A DNA stretch of 64,000 nt from Hypanus sabinus (Eukaryota). Of the stretch, positions 1 to 11,850 are shown in pieces (position 1 is the stretch's first letter; each line of letters opens with the position of its first letter). The stretch spans positions 35,836,001-35,900,000 of the forward strand of contig NC_082738.1 of the NCBI RefSeq assembly GCF_030144855.1, written 5' to 3'. The position numbers were made by a program, and so were the translations under genes. The notes under the pieces were generated by a model. That model was not told the DNA's origin and did no database searches. It was given only the letters and a program-made list of their open reading frames with translations.

Positions 1-1380
1 ACCCCGCTATCTATAAGAGCTCTATCTAACTCTCTCTTGAATGCATCCAGAGACTTGGCCTCCACTGCCTTCCGGGGCAGAGCATTCCACATATCCACCA
101 CTCTCTGGGTGAAAAAGTTTTTCCTCAACTCTGTTCTAAATGGCCTACCCCTTATTCTTAAACTGTGGTCTCTGGTTCTGGACTCACCCATCAGCGGGAA
201 CATGCTTCCTGCCTCCAGTGTGTCCAATCCCTTAATAATCTTACATGTTTCAATCAGATCCCCTCTCACCCTTCTAAATTCCAGTGTATGCAAGCCCAGT
301 CGCTCCAATCTTTCAACATATGACAGTCCCACCATTCCGGGAATTAACCTTGTGAACCTACGCTGCACTCCCTCAATAGCAAGAATGTCCTTCCTCAAAT
401 TTGGAGACCAAAACTGCACACAATACTCCAGGTGTGGTTTCACCAGGGCCCTGTACAGCTGTAGAAGGACCTCTTTACTCCTATACTCAATTCCTCTTGT
501 TATAAAAGCCAGCATGCTATTAGCTTTCTTCACTGCATGCTGTACCTGCGTGCTTGCTTTCATTGACTGATGTACAAGAACACCTAGATCTTGTTGTACT
601 TCCCCTTTTCCTAACTTGACTCCATTTAGATAGTAATCTGCCTTCCTGTTCTTGCCACCAAAGTGGATAACCTCACATTTATCCACATTAAACTGCATCT
701 GCCATACATTTACCCACTCGCCCAACCTGTCCAAGTCACCCTGCATTCTTTTAACATCCTCCTGACATTTTACACTGCCACCCAGCTTTGTGTCATCAGC
801 AAATTTGCTGATGTTACTTTTAATCCCTTCATCTAAATCATTAATGTATATTGTAAACAGCTGCGGTCCCAGCACCGAACCTTGCGGTACCCCACTGGTC
901 ACAGCCTGCCATTCCGAAAGGGACTCGTTAATCACAATTCTTTGTTTCCTGTCAGCCAGCCAATTTTCAATCCATGTCAGTACTCTGCCCCCAATACCAT
1001 GTGCCCTAATTTTTCCCACTAATCTCCTATGTGGGACTTTATCAAAAGCTTTCTGGAAGTCCAGGTACACTACATCCACCGGCTCTCCCTTGTCCATTTT
1101 CATAGTTACATCCTCAAAAAACTCCAGAAGATTAGTCAAGCAGGATTTTCCCTTCGTAAATCCATGCTGACTTAGACTGATCCTTCTACTGCTATCCAAA
1201 TGTGTTGTAATTTTATAATTGACTCCAGCATCTTTCCTACCACTGACGTCAGGCTAACCAGTCTATAATTCCCTGTTTTCTCTCTCCCTCCTTTCTTGAA
1301 AAGTGGGACAACATTAGCCACCCTCCAATCAGCAGGAACTGTTCCTGAATCTATAGAACATTGGAAAATGATTACCAATG
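1..1380 (-). mobile_element. CR1/HER1-type LINE ORF2 fragment (RT domain), running off the window start
   Basis: Minus-strand peptides VPADWRVANVVPLFKKGGREKTGNYRLVSLTSVVGK, plus [16 protein letters not shown] and PHLEYCVQFW motifs. Confidence 0.92.
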
Positions 1381-1837
1381 TTGCCTCATTCTCCAATATA
1401 ATTTGTCTAATCTTAATTTGTAAAGGATATAGATTAACTTAAGTTGATCTTTTCCTTTATACATACAGTATCTATTGAAATTCTTAGGACTTTTTATATT
1501 GCTCACTATCCTACCAGTGAATTCTCAATACCTTGGCTCTCTTGCTGAATTATGAAATCTTACCAATATTCACACTTACTGTTTCTTTTACAAGAATATA
1601 CAGTACTGTAGTAATTTTATGTATTGCACTGTATTGCAGCCGTAAAACTAAAAAAAAATTCATGACATGTGAGATGATAAACCTGATTCTGATATGGGTC
1701 TCCATTGTGGACTGAGAGTGGGAAGGGAGCAGGGAGAGGGAAATCATGGTTTGGAAAACAGGAAGGGAGAAGGGAGGAAGCACCAGAGAGACATTAATCA
1801 TTGATCTATAATGATTGATAAACCAATTGGTTGGAGT

Positions 1838-2150
1838 CATAGAAACATAGAAAATCAACAGCACAATACAAGCCCTTTGGCCCACCAAGTTGTGCCGAAC
1901 ATGTCCCTACCTTAGAAATTACTAGGCTTACCTTTAGCCCTCTATTTTTCTAAGCTCCATGTACCTATCCAAAAGTCTCTTAAAAGACCCTATTGTATCC
2001 GCCTCCACCACCATTGCCGGCAGCCCATTCCACACACTCACCACTGTCTGCGTAAAAAAACTTACCCCTGACATCCCCTCTGTACCTACTCCCCAGCACC
2101 TTAAACCTGTGTCCTCTTGTGGCAACCATTTCAGCCCTGGGAAAAAGCCT
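1838..2150 (-). mobile_element. CR1-type LINE 3' end (same subfamily as 25980-26470)
   Basis: FFTQ.VVSVWNGLPA.VVEADTIGSFKRLLDRYM C-terminus and (tttctatg)n tail. Confidence 0.85.
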
Positions 2151-2350
2151 CTGTCAAATTACCTTGCCCAGTGTCTCAGGCTGGATGTGTTTGCTATATA
2201 CATATATATAGATAGGGTGCCTTTTGCACAGTACTCTATTTGTCAATGTGGAGCAGAGAGGAAGTTTGTAAATCTGGTGGGAGCAAAGGATGTTGGGAAT
2301 GGTGAGGGTGGAGCACCACAGGAGGGGTGTGGGACGGGTGGCAGAGAAGG

Positions 2351-2420
2351 AGTATTGTGCAAAGGTCTTAGGCATCCAGGCTGTATATATATGTGTGCCT
2401 AAGGCTTTTGCACAGTATTG
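2351..2420. mobile_element. Tc1-type palindromic MITE
   Basis: TIR agtattgtgcaaaggtcttaggca / tgcctaaggcttttgcacagtattg + TA around a (TA)n spacer; a partial second copy lies at ~2195-2237. Confidence 0.6.
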
Positions 2421-4422
2421 TAAGCCACTTGTTTTGACCTAGTACTGTCTTTACCATCTCTTAATAGTCTCGGTCGGTCCACTTTTCTTGTAACTTGTGA
2501 ACTATGTACTCTGTTTATGTTATTTACCATCACACAGCTTTAGTGTAGCTTCCCAATCTACGATGGCCAACTTGCACCTCATGCCTTCATGCTTTGCTTT
2601 TAAGACCTTGGTTTTAAGCTGCTGCTGCTGCTATTATGTTTCTGAATTTTCAATAGTAACACCACTTCGAATGATATTTTGGTATCTGTGAAGTGCTTTG
2701 GGAGATCTTGAGGTTGTGAAAGGTGTTCTTTTCCTGAAAAATAGCATGTGAAACCACAGCAGATTTAACTTCTTGTTGTGGAGACATTTTTCCTAAGGCG
2801 GAGAAAGCCCTCTATTAATGCTATTGGCAGACTCCTTCATGCGGGGTTCATATGGGTTAGGCTGTGCCTCTGTCAACTGGAATTGGAACCTGTCCTCGAT
2901 TAGGAAGAAGGGCAAAGTTTAATTTGTAGGCCATGAGCTTCTTGATGAAGTCAAGAGTTCTACAACCTTGTTGGAGTTGAAGGGAAAAAAGAGGTGACCT
3001 CGTTGAAACCTGTAGGACTCTGAAAAGAATGTCAGAGCAGTTGTTGAAATACTCTTTCCTCAGGCTGGAGAATCTAGAACCAAGGATTATAGTCTCAGAT
3101 TAAGGGGTTGGCAATTTAGAGCTGAGTTGAAGAATTCCTTGTCCAGGGGGTGGTAAATGTTTGGAATTCTCTTCTCTGGACTGTCCCAGTGCATCATTGT
3201 TGAGTGTGTTGGTTGTTAACACAAATGATGCATTTAACTGTATGTTTTGATGTACATTTGATAAATAAATCTGAATCTGACCAGCAGATTGTGGAGAGAA
3301 GTCTTCCCCAGCATTCTCTAAGCCTGAGAAAGCCTTCTGCAAACAATTTGCTGGAGGAACTCAACAGATCAAGCAGTATCTATGTGAGGAAAGGAATAAT
3401 CGTCGTTTTAGGTTGAGACTCTCAGTTCTGATCCTGATCACAAAACATCAACAGCTGCACACACGCACACACTCACATACACCTCGACCTGTTGAGTCCT
3501 CCAGCAAATTGTTGCTCCAGGTTGCAGTAGCTGTGGTCTCTTGTGGTTCTCTTCTTCTAAAGCTGCTGCATTAAATATAACACAGTTCTCTGTGTGGGGT
3601 TAAGTTAAGCCTCTAACATCCTAGCCAGAAAGAACTTGTAATCTTCCATTGAGTATACTTAGGGCTGAACAGTATGATTTTATTGGACAGTAAGGCAATC
3701 GAGGGAAGTAGGAAATGGATGGGAAAGTGAATTTGAGACACAGGATCAATCACGATGTTGTTGAAAGACTAGACTGGATTTGCTTTTTTATACACTATAT
3801 ATATTCCAATGATAACTAAACTCTTATGGGTTACGTGAGGAAATCTGCAGATGCTGGAAATTCAAACAACACACACACAAAATGCTGGTGGAAGGCAGCA
3901 GGCCAGGCAGCATCTATAGGGAGAAGCACTGTCGATGTTTCGGGCCGAGACCTTGGCTTATAAGCATAGAAATGAGCCCTTTCATAGTAGGTGGCAGGCT
4001 GATCAGTCATGCATGATCTGAAGCTTTTCATCTTTCCTCTACCCTGCAAGACCCCAACCCCTAACTTCACTGCAGCTATTCCAGCAAAGGAAATCCAGTT
4101 GCTGAAATCATCTGTAAAGAGTCTGAAGGAACAAAAAGCAAGTTATAAGTGTCATGCTTTGCCAACAGTCTGATTTGTATGCTGTAAACAGCAGCAGTCC
4201 AGGTTATTAAATGGAGAATGGATTCCCATGTGGTAAATTCACCCCTTTAATATGCTTTCACTTTCTTTCATGCCACTTGCAATCTAATTACCTTTTTAAA
4301 ATCTTTTGTCTTTTGCCCTAATTTTGAGACTATGTTACTCTTTCTAAAGGCCTTTCTCCAAGGCCTGAAAAAATTGTGGCTACATGATTCACTTCTTTTT
4401 GGCATCTTATGTGTTATGAACC

Positions 4423-4618
4423 TGATGCACCATCAATAACTCTTGAAGATGGGAGGCAAACGATAGTCTTTTATTAGCTGCAAGAGACCACCATACAACA
4501 TCCTGGAAACTGAGGGGGGAGCAGTGCCTCCAACCGCCTTTATACGGGGTCTGTGGGAGGAGCCACAGGAGTAGTCAGCAGAGGGGCGTGTCCAGACAGG
4601 TATATGTAGTTCACCACA
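4423..4618 (-). mobile_element. Solo LTR (196 bp) of a second Gypsy-like family
   Basis: TG...CA ends; 5-bp TSD GAACC at 4418-4422 and 4619-4623; minus-strand TATAAA followed by AATAAA. Confidence 0.85.
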
Positions 4619-4656
4619 GAACCCTCCCAAAACAACTTGCTCACAAAAGGAATGAG

Positions 4657-4825
4657 CAAACACAAGGAAATCTGCAGATGCTGGAAATTCAAACAATACA
4701 CACAAAATGCTGGTGGAACACAGCAGGCCAGGCAGCATCTATAGGGAGAAGCACTGTCAACGTTTCGGGCCGAGACCCTTCGTCAGGACTAACTGAAAGG
4801 AAAGACAGTAAGAGATTTTAAAGAA
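4657..4825 (-). mobile_element. Penelope pLTR-derived short repeat (related copies ~3832-3955, 3340-3545, 5290-5450, 25810-25970, 43757-43884)
   Basis: Shared 'aaatctgcagatgctgga...cacaaaatgctgg...cagcaggccaggcagcatctat...gtttcgggccgagaccc' sequence, also present at the end of the 12099-13191 element. Confidence 0.75.
4756..4790 (-). ncRNA. Minimal type-I hammerhead ribozyme in a Penelope pLTR fragment
   Basis: Minus strand AGUC-CUGACGA-A-GGG(UCUCGG)CCC-GAAAC-GUU-GAC, with stem I GUC/GAC closed. Confidence 0.72.
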
Positions 4826-6159
4826 ATGATACTCGTCTGTATACAAATCCCGTTAGTTTAGCAATCCTTTGTGCAGTGAATCTCACTCTAATCCAGGTTA
4901 GAGTCCATTTGGTCAGAACATCTCAAGCAAGAAAGTTATGTGAATGCTGAAGCAGAAATAAAAATACAAAGTCCCATAAAATGCTTGGCATCCATTTCCG
5001 TGTAGTAGTATTTCAGGTCAATAGGATTTTATCAGAACACACCTCCTCAATACTTTGTCTCTTTGCTTGCTCCATTGCCACCCACTTGTGCTTTGCACTG
5101 TTATCACTTGTCACTTTAATACCTTGTGCCTTCCATTCTCACACGGATTTTCCCTTTAATGCTTTCCTCTATTCCTCCATCACTTGCCTGCCCCCCACTG
5201 TTTTCTCCGCATCTGAAAACATTTGTTTTTATATCTAACTTTTTTCATTGTGCTTTTACTTTCTAAACCAGTAATGGCCCAAGAGTGACAGACAAAAAAG
5301 CTGGAAATATTCAGTAGGTTAGGTAGCATCTATGATAAGAGAAATGGACTGGATGCTTCAGTTCTGACAAAGGGTCTCTCCACAGATGCTGCTTGACCCA
5401 CTCAGTTCCTCCAGCAATTTGATGTTTTGCTCCAGATTCCAGCATCTACAGTCAAAGTGGAGTTTATTGTCATAGGCACATGTACTGTACATGTATGCAC
5501 AGGTGCAATGAAAACTTACTTGAAGCAGTATTGCAGGCACAGAGCATCAAATATGCAGCATTCTCTTAAGCAAGACTTACAAGAAAAGTCTCTTGTGTCT
5601 CCTTTGCTCAGAGGGTGGTAAACATTCACAGACTTTCCTTTGTCCTGTCCTCTTATTTTCCAGAAACATGACTCAAATATTCATGTGGCCATGGGGATTC
5701 TAAGTGTGTCCCACAGAGCAAATAGCAGCACCTGTTTCACCTGTTTGGAGAAAGGAGAGAAAATGAAGTTGCATATTTGCAAATTACAAATGGTCAATGT
5801 CGTATTATTTAACTAAAAGTAAAGCTTGCCTTGTTGGCACAGCTAGTATGACTAGAATTATCAAGAATATGTGCAGTTCACTTATTCCCCCCCCCCCTCC
5901 GTTTTTCCCCTTGTGTCAGATATTTGTGGCTTGCCAGTCCCCTGAGGCAGGAATGGAGAGATCCGAAAGGAAAAAATCAGGGATGGACCACATGAAAGTG
6001 AGAGCAGGGTCAAAATTGGCAGGAAAACGAATGAATTTTTTGAGTGCTGTTTGTTGTGCAGGAAGCAAGATCAAAGCAGTCATTGGAGTACCAGAAAAAG
6101 AGCTGAAGGTGGGGTCCTCAATAAGACTAGAACAAAGTTGTTCTATGTATTGGTGTTGT

Positions 6160-6680
6160 CACGTGTGAAAGGCTTGCCTTGCATATTGTTTATACAGATC
6201 AAATCATTACATGGTGCAGTGAGGGTACTACAAGGCAAAACAATAACAATGCTGAATAAAGTGTAAAAGCTACAGAGAAAGTGAAGTGCAAGTAAACAAT
6301 GAGGTGCAAGATCTTAGGTAGATTGTGAGTCCATGTTATCGTACAAGAGGTTTGTTCAGGTGTCTGATAACAGTGGGATAGAAGCTGTCCTTGAGCCTGG
6401 TGGTACATGCTTTCTCAAGCTTTTGTAACTTCTGCCTAATGGGAGAGAGGAGAAGAGATTGTCTTTGATGATGCTGGCTGCTTTACTGAGGCAGTTAACA
6501 GAATCTATAGAGGAGAAACTGCTTCCTGTGATGTGCTGAGCAGTGTCCACAACTCTGCAGTTTCTTGCAGTCACACGCAGAGCAGTTGCCAGACCAAGCC
6601 ATTGTGTATCCGGACAGAATTCTCTCTGTGGTGAATTGATAAAAATTGACAATATGCCACAAGAAGGAAGAAGGTGTGTG
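6160..6680 (-). mobile_element. Rex/Babar-type LINE 3' fragment
   Basis: NFYQ.T.E.ILSG...AW.GNCSA.D.KKLQ and LFS.LP.GR.Y.S motifs. Confidence 0.75.
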
Positions 6681-6934
6681 TAGCTTAGGCCCATGCACAG
6701 CGACTGGAGAAAGTGAATGGTGTCGTTGGTTGTTTAAGCTGACAACAAGGTCAGTCAGGTGAATGATGTGTTGGTGTAAGGAGCTGGTTGTATCTAGGGA
6801 ATTGGAAACTTTCAAAGGGCATCAGTAGTGTCATGAATGTAAGTGGGAGGGGAGTGGAACAGGGGTGAAACAATGGAGTCGAGCTTGGAAGAAATGTTTG
6901 ATAGGGCAAGAATAGGCTGCAATAATGGTTAAGC

Positions 6935-7305
6935 TTGAACAGTGGATTTTGGGCATTTTGAGTGGTTTTGGGCCCCTTATCTAAGAAGAGACATGTTGGC
7001 ATTAGAGAGTGTCCAGAGGAGGTTCCCTAGTATGATTCCAAGAATGAAAGGGTTAATGTTTGAGGAGCATTTAATGGCTCTGGGCCTGTACTTTCTGGAG
7101 TAATTTTATAGAAACCTGCCGAATATTGAATGGCCTCCATAGACTGGACTTGGAGAAGATGTTTCCAGTAGTGGGGAATCTAGGACCAGAAAGTCACAGG
7201 GAGAAGGCAGGAGAATGAGGTTGAGAGTTAAAAAAAAATCAGCCATGATCAAATGGCGGAGTGAACTTCATAGGCTGAATGTCCTCATCTTGCTGCTATG
7301 TTTTG
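6935..7305 (+). mobile_element. Degenerate CR1 LINE 3' fragment
   Basis: cccc ttatctaag...agagtgtccagaggaggttc..., and 3' tail 'aatggcggagtgaac...ggctgaat'. Confidence 0.7.
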
Positions 7306-8009
7306 TGGTGGGAGAGGACTGTTGCCTACCTAGGAGAGTACAGCCTGACAGAGAGAGGAATGTGGAGATGCGTTTGAGCTAATAGTAGACCACTGTGAAA
7401 TAGAGGTCATTTCGCCAGAGCACAGCAATGCCCCTGTCGGTAAGTTTGATGATGATATCAGGATTGGTTCTCAGTAGTGGAGTGCTGAAAGTTCAGGAGT
7501 ACTTTGGTTAGAGAGAGGTGAGAGTGATGGTGGGGGGGTGGTGTGGAACGTGGGGATTCAAGGCAGCCAGTGTGGCAATGGCAGTTAGCTGTAAGTAGAT
7601 CTAGAGAGGCTAAGAAGTGTGAAAGAAAGCTGTAGGTGGATTGGGAATTCTGAAGTTGGCAGCTCGCTCAACAGTGATTAATGAACCTCTGTTGAATATA
7701 ACTCTGCAACACCAGGCAGTTCCTGAACCTCCTCAGCCATTAAAGAAGCTTGAGATAAAATAAACATCCTCTTTTTAATATAAAGCTGAAAAATACTGGG
7801 AACTTTAACAGTTTGGGCAACATCTACAGAAAGAGAACCTGCTGCCCAACGTGCTGAGTGTTTCATGTAGTTTCTATTTTTATTTCAGATTTCCAACATC
7901 TGCAGTTTTTTGATTTTCATGCCCTTTTCTTATTCCAATAAATATTAATTTTTATCTTTGTGCAAATGCATCTCAACCAAGCTCTTTTGTGCAGATATTT
8001 GCTCCCCAC

Positions 8010-8332
8010 TGTGACATTTTTTGTATTGGTTGCTGCATTATATAAATATTCTTTCTTAAAAGAGCAGACAGGTGCTCCGAAGATGAAATAATTGGTTATT
8101 TGGGGAAAGAAATAAATATATATTCTAAAGTTATTACGAACTCCATGGAGCATGTGGGGATCTTCCGATATCCATGCACTCTTTCTTTCTTTTTTTTCTT
8201 TCTTTCTCTTTTTTTTCTACAGGGATGCTAGGGGGAGGGGTTAAGGGGAGGGGGGATGGGTAATATACATTTTTTTTCTCTACTTTTATTTTGTAACTAC
8301 TTGAAATACAATAAAAAAAGTTAAAAAAAAAG
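8010..8332 (+). mobile_element. Probable L1/Tx1-like LINE 3' UTR with poly(A)
   Basis: T-rich and G-rich tracts followed by AATAAA and an A-rich tail. Confidence 0.45.
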
Positions 8333-11300
8333 AAAGAGCAGACAGAGATATCCCAACAACAGCTTATGGTAAATTATCTCAAAGTGCTTCACTGGAGTGC
8401 AGTTTGATTGAAAACTCACATCAAGTGATGAGAGGAGCCAATAAGCCAAAATCTTGGCAAAAGAGATAGTTTTATAATGGAAAGAGACAAGAGGAACAGA
8501 CACACACAAACATTGACATGGGAAGGATGGGAAGGAGAGGCAGAGAGGTTCAGGAAAGGATACATCTTAACTGAAGTGGTGGAGTGATAGAAATTGCGGG
8601 ATAATTGAGAGATGCACAGACATCTCAGTGGGCTCTAGGTTCTAGGTCAGAGTTGGAGAGAGATCCCAAAATTGCTTGCTTGGTTTTGAAGTAACAGGTG
8701 AAGAGCTCAGGATCACCATGTGAACAAAGGATATCAGGGCCTAACTAGCTGCATGGAAATGTGCCCATGAATGGCTTGCAGCATTTCTGGGGAGTCAATT
8801 TCCAGTGTGGAAATGGCTCTTGTGTGACAGTGAGTTTCCCAGAATCATCAAAGTCAAACAATTATAAGCCTGCACCCTTTTGATCCTACCCTTTATGCTT
8901 CACCTAGAGAAAACCTGCTAGTTGCTTGCAGTTGTCAAAACCTAGGATTTCCAATGCAAGTTGCAGGATGGGGTGCAGTGGCAGCAAGTGCTATTCTTCA
9001 AGCCTCTTAATTCTTTGACTCGGGAGGTAAAAGTGGCATCTGCTAAGCCACACTGGTGCTGGAATTGATTAAAACCCATAAATCAAAGCACTCAGTCATG
9101 TGTTGCTTCAGTATTGCAATGACATCTTGGCCTAATGAGGAAATTCAAATGCTGGCAAATGGCTCAAACCTGCAAAAAGTTAGCTCAAAGCCGAGGGAAA
9201 AGGGCTAATTTCAGGACATATAGACATGATGGTTGTGGGGATGGATTGGTTGGTTACAGATGGAGGAAATGTTTGACTTGTCTATCTCTGAACAAGTGTG
9301 AAGACCAGCAACTCAGGTTTGTGTTCATGCTCACTCTTCAGCATTGATTAAAATGCAAGTTCTCGTTGGACTCCTCCAGGTTCACCTATGATCTTCACCA
9401 TGTAACCTTCAATCTCTTCCTCTTTAACCATCAGTTGTACTTTTTGACCTCTGGAACTTGCTCTGTATTTGTGTTTTACAGGAGTAGTGTGATAATTTGA
9501 GAACATTTATGCAGATATTTACAAATATATTTCCCTTTTTAAAACTTATTTAATAAGGTTATTTAACAACAGTTGACATCGGCATAATTTTGAAAGGGTG
9601 ATGGAATTGCAATTCTGATAGTCATTGCAACACTGCCTGTGGCTCCTAAGGTTTGACTTGCTTGCAAATTGGACATTTAGCAGAGGGAGCCATGTCTGCA
9701 GAGCAAATCCTCACCCTGCAATTTAGCTCAAATTGGCTGGAAATGAGGAAGAGCTGGGAGTGCTGGTTGCATTGTAGAGAATGAGTGTGTGTGCAGACTT
9801 GGCTGCCATTATGAAGAGCACAAAGGAAGAAAGATGGCAATTACCTCCACTTGCGGTTAAGTGCAAAAGCCAGAAGTCCAGCAATCAATCGGTATCTATA
9901 TATTACACCCCCCCCAACCATTCAACTAATAATGTCGCAACCTGGAATCGTGAGGAAATAGTGACTTAGAAATGTAAGTAACTCGTTGTAGAAGAATTAC
10001 CAGAAGAAAGCTGCATACCTTGATTCACTTTAACTCTTTCTCAGAAGTTGGTGAAGCTAGTGGTGGGCTGATCCGAGGTCCTTGTTGCAGCTGAACAGGT
10101 TTCGTCGATTCATGCACGTGCACGAAGATTGGCCGAGAACTGCTGGGAGGAACAGAAGCAACATGGCTATCGAGCAAGATTCTCTTCACTGGTGCAACTT
10201 CGAAGCACTCAGCTGAGTGAACCATTTCAAAGTGCCAAAAGGGCAATGCTCTGTGTACAGAAGGGAGAACTTGACTCCTGATCCTGGTGTACAGATCCAG
10301 TGCCTGATTGCAAGAGCTCCATGGCTCATTCATTTTTAATTCACCATCAGAATTTGAAAAATGCTGATTTTCTTTGAAGTGTCCTGAGTCTGTTAGTTTT
10401 TCCATACGTCAATGTCCCAAATTAACTGGTGCTGATCTACAAACCAAGCACTGCAAACCAGTATTCCATTTAAAAAAAATCACATTTAAGATTGTACTTT
10501 CTATTGAATCATGCTTTGGGGTGTTTTTCTGTGTCAAAGGGGTTGCACGATTTTGCCTCTGTTATGCTAAAGGCATTGCAAACATTCCTCATTGGAGATA
10601 AAAGTTGTCATTCAAACTGCTGGTGATGCGGATGGGGTTTTTCCTCTTTGTCTCCCCCCCCCCGCTCAGTTAGCACAGTCAGAATGTCAAATCATGAATA
10701 TTGCCCGTTAGGGCTGGTCTTTGTTACATCTTGCTCAATTTAGAAATATTCTAAAATAGGTTTTGATTTATATATATAAAAAAAGAAATTCTAATTACTT
10801 CAGAAAATTTATCTTATTCTCCACAATTCCACGTATGTCAGCCATCTCTCACTCTGTTGCACTCTCTCCCTGGAGTCAGAAAGTTCCTGGTTCAATTCCA
10901 CCTCCAGAGACTTAACACAAGAACACAGGTGGATGTTTTCAGTGTTGAAGGTGTGCTGTTTTGTTAGTGAATCCACCTTTTAGATGCCAGGTGTACATCA
11001 TAGTCAAATGCAATATAGACCCTTTTACCCATTGAATCATGGTGACCATCAAGCACCCAGCTGCACTCATTCCATTTTATTCTCCCCACATTCGTATCAA
11101 CACCCCTACCCCAGATACTACCACTCACCTACATACTCAGGACAATTTAGCCCACCACTCCATACACCTTTGGGATGTGGGAGGAAACCAGAGCGCACCT
11201 GGGAAACCTATGCCATCACAGAGAAAACATGCAAACTGCACATAGGTTGGCTCTGAGGTGACTGATGAAGGTAATGTGAGAACCACACTCTTCCACAGAC

Positions 11301-11529
11301 AGGGCAAAAGGTGCCTGACAGGAGGGTAATTTGTGAGATAGTGAACCTCCCATCTCTTGGGAACACACAGGACCTCAATGTGTTCCCGACGCATGCCCTC
11401 AAAGTTCTCACCCTGAATGCCACTGTGAGTGGTCACTGAACTGTCAGTAGTGATGTTATATTTCTTTAACGAAGCTTTGAACACATAATTGAAACTATTT
11501 CCTCTGTCCATCTGGTAGTTTCCTCCCAC

Positions 11530-11850
11530 ACAGAAGTCTGAGGCACCTGCTGTGGGTAGTCCAGGTGTCGGAAGTATATAGGAAGGGTGGGATCACTGCT
11601 GTCCGATAATTTTTGAGTTTTGTGCCAGGCTTGAGGTTCTGATCTTCAGATAGCCTTTTCACAATCAACCAAAAGTGATGGTGGTGTTGAAGGTGGCAAT
11701 GAATTTCATCATCAATGTCTGTCTTTACCGAGTGGTGTGGCAGATGGTCCACGTTTTTCAGGGCCTAACTGTGAACCTTTTTTGCTGGTGCACAGTGTGG
11801 TATAGCTGGGGAAGGTCCTTTGGAGTACTTTGCCTTGTGGATGTTGAGAA
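11530..11850 (-). mobile_element. RTE-clade LINE fragment
   Basis: TDIDDEIH...EDQNLKPGTKL..Y...VIP..LY.S.TWT, resembling the RTE/BovB post-RT region. Confidence 0.75.

Noticed and set aside
37-1170. Plus-strand ORFs 37-570 and 790-1170 (and similar ones at 31743-32402, 53128-53346 and 12511-13158)
   Set aside because: Antisense shadows of CR1 or Penelope coding sequence.
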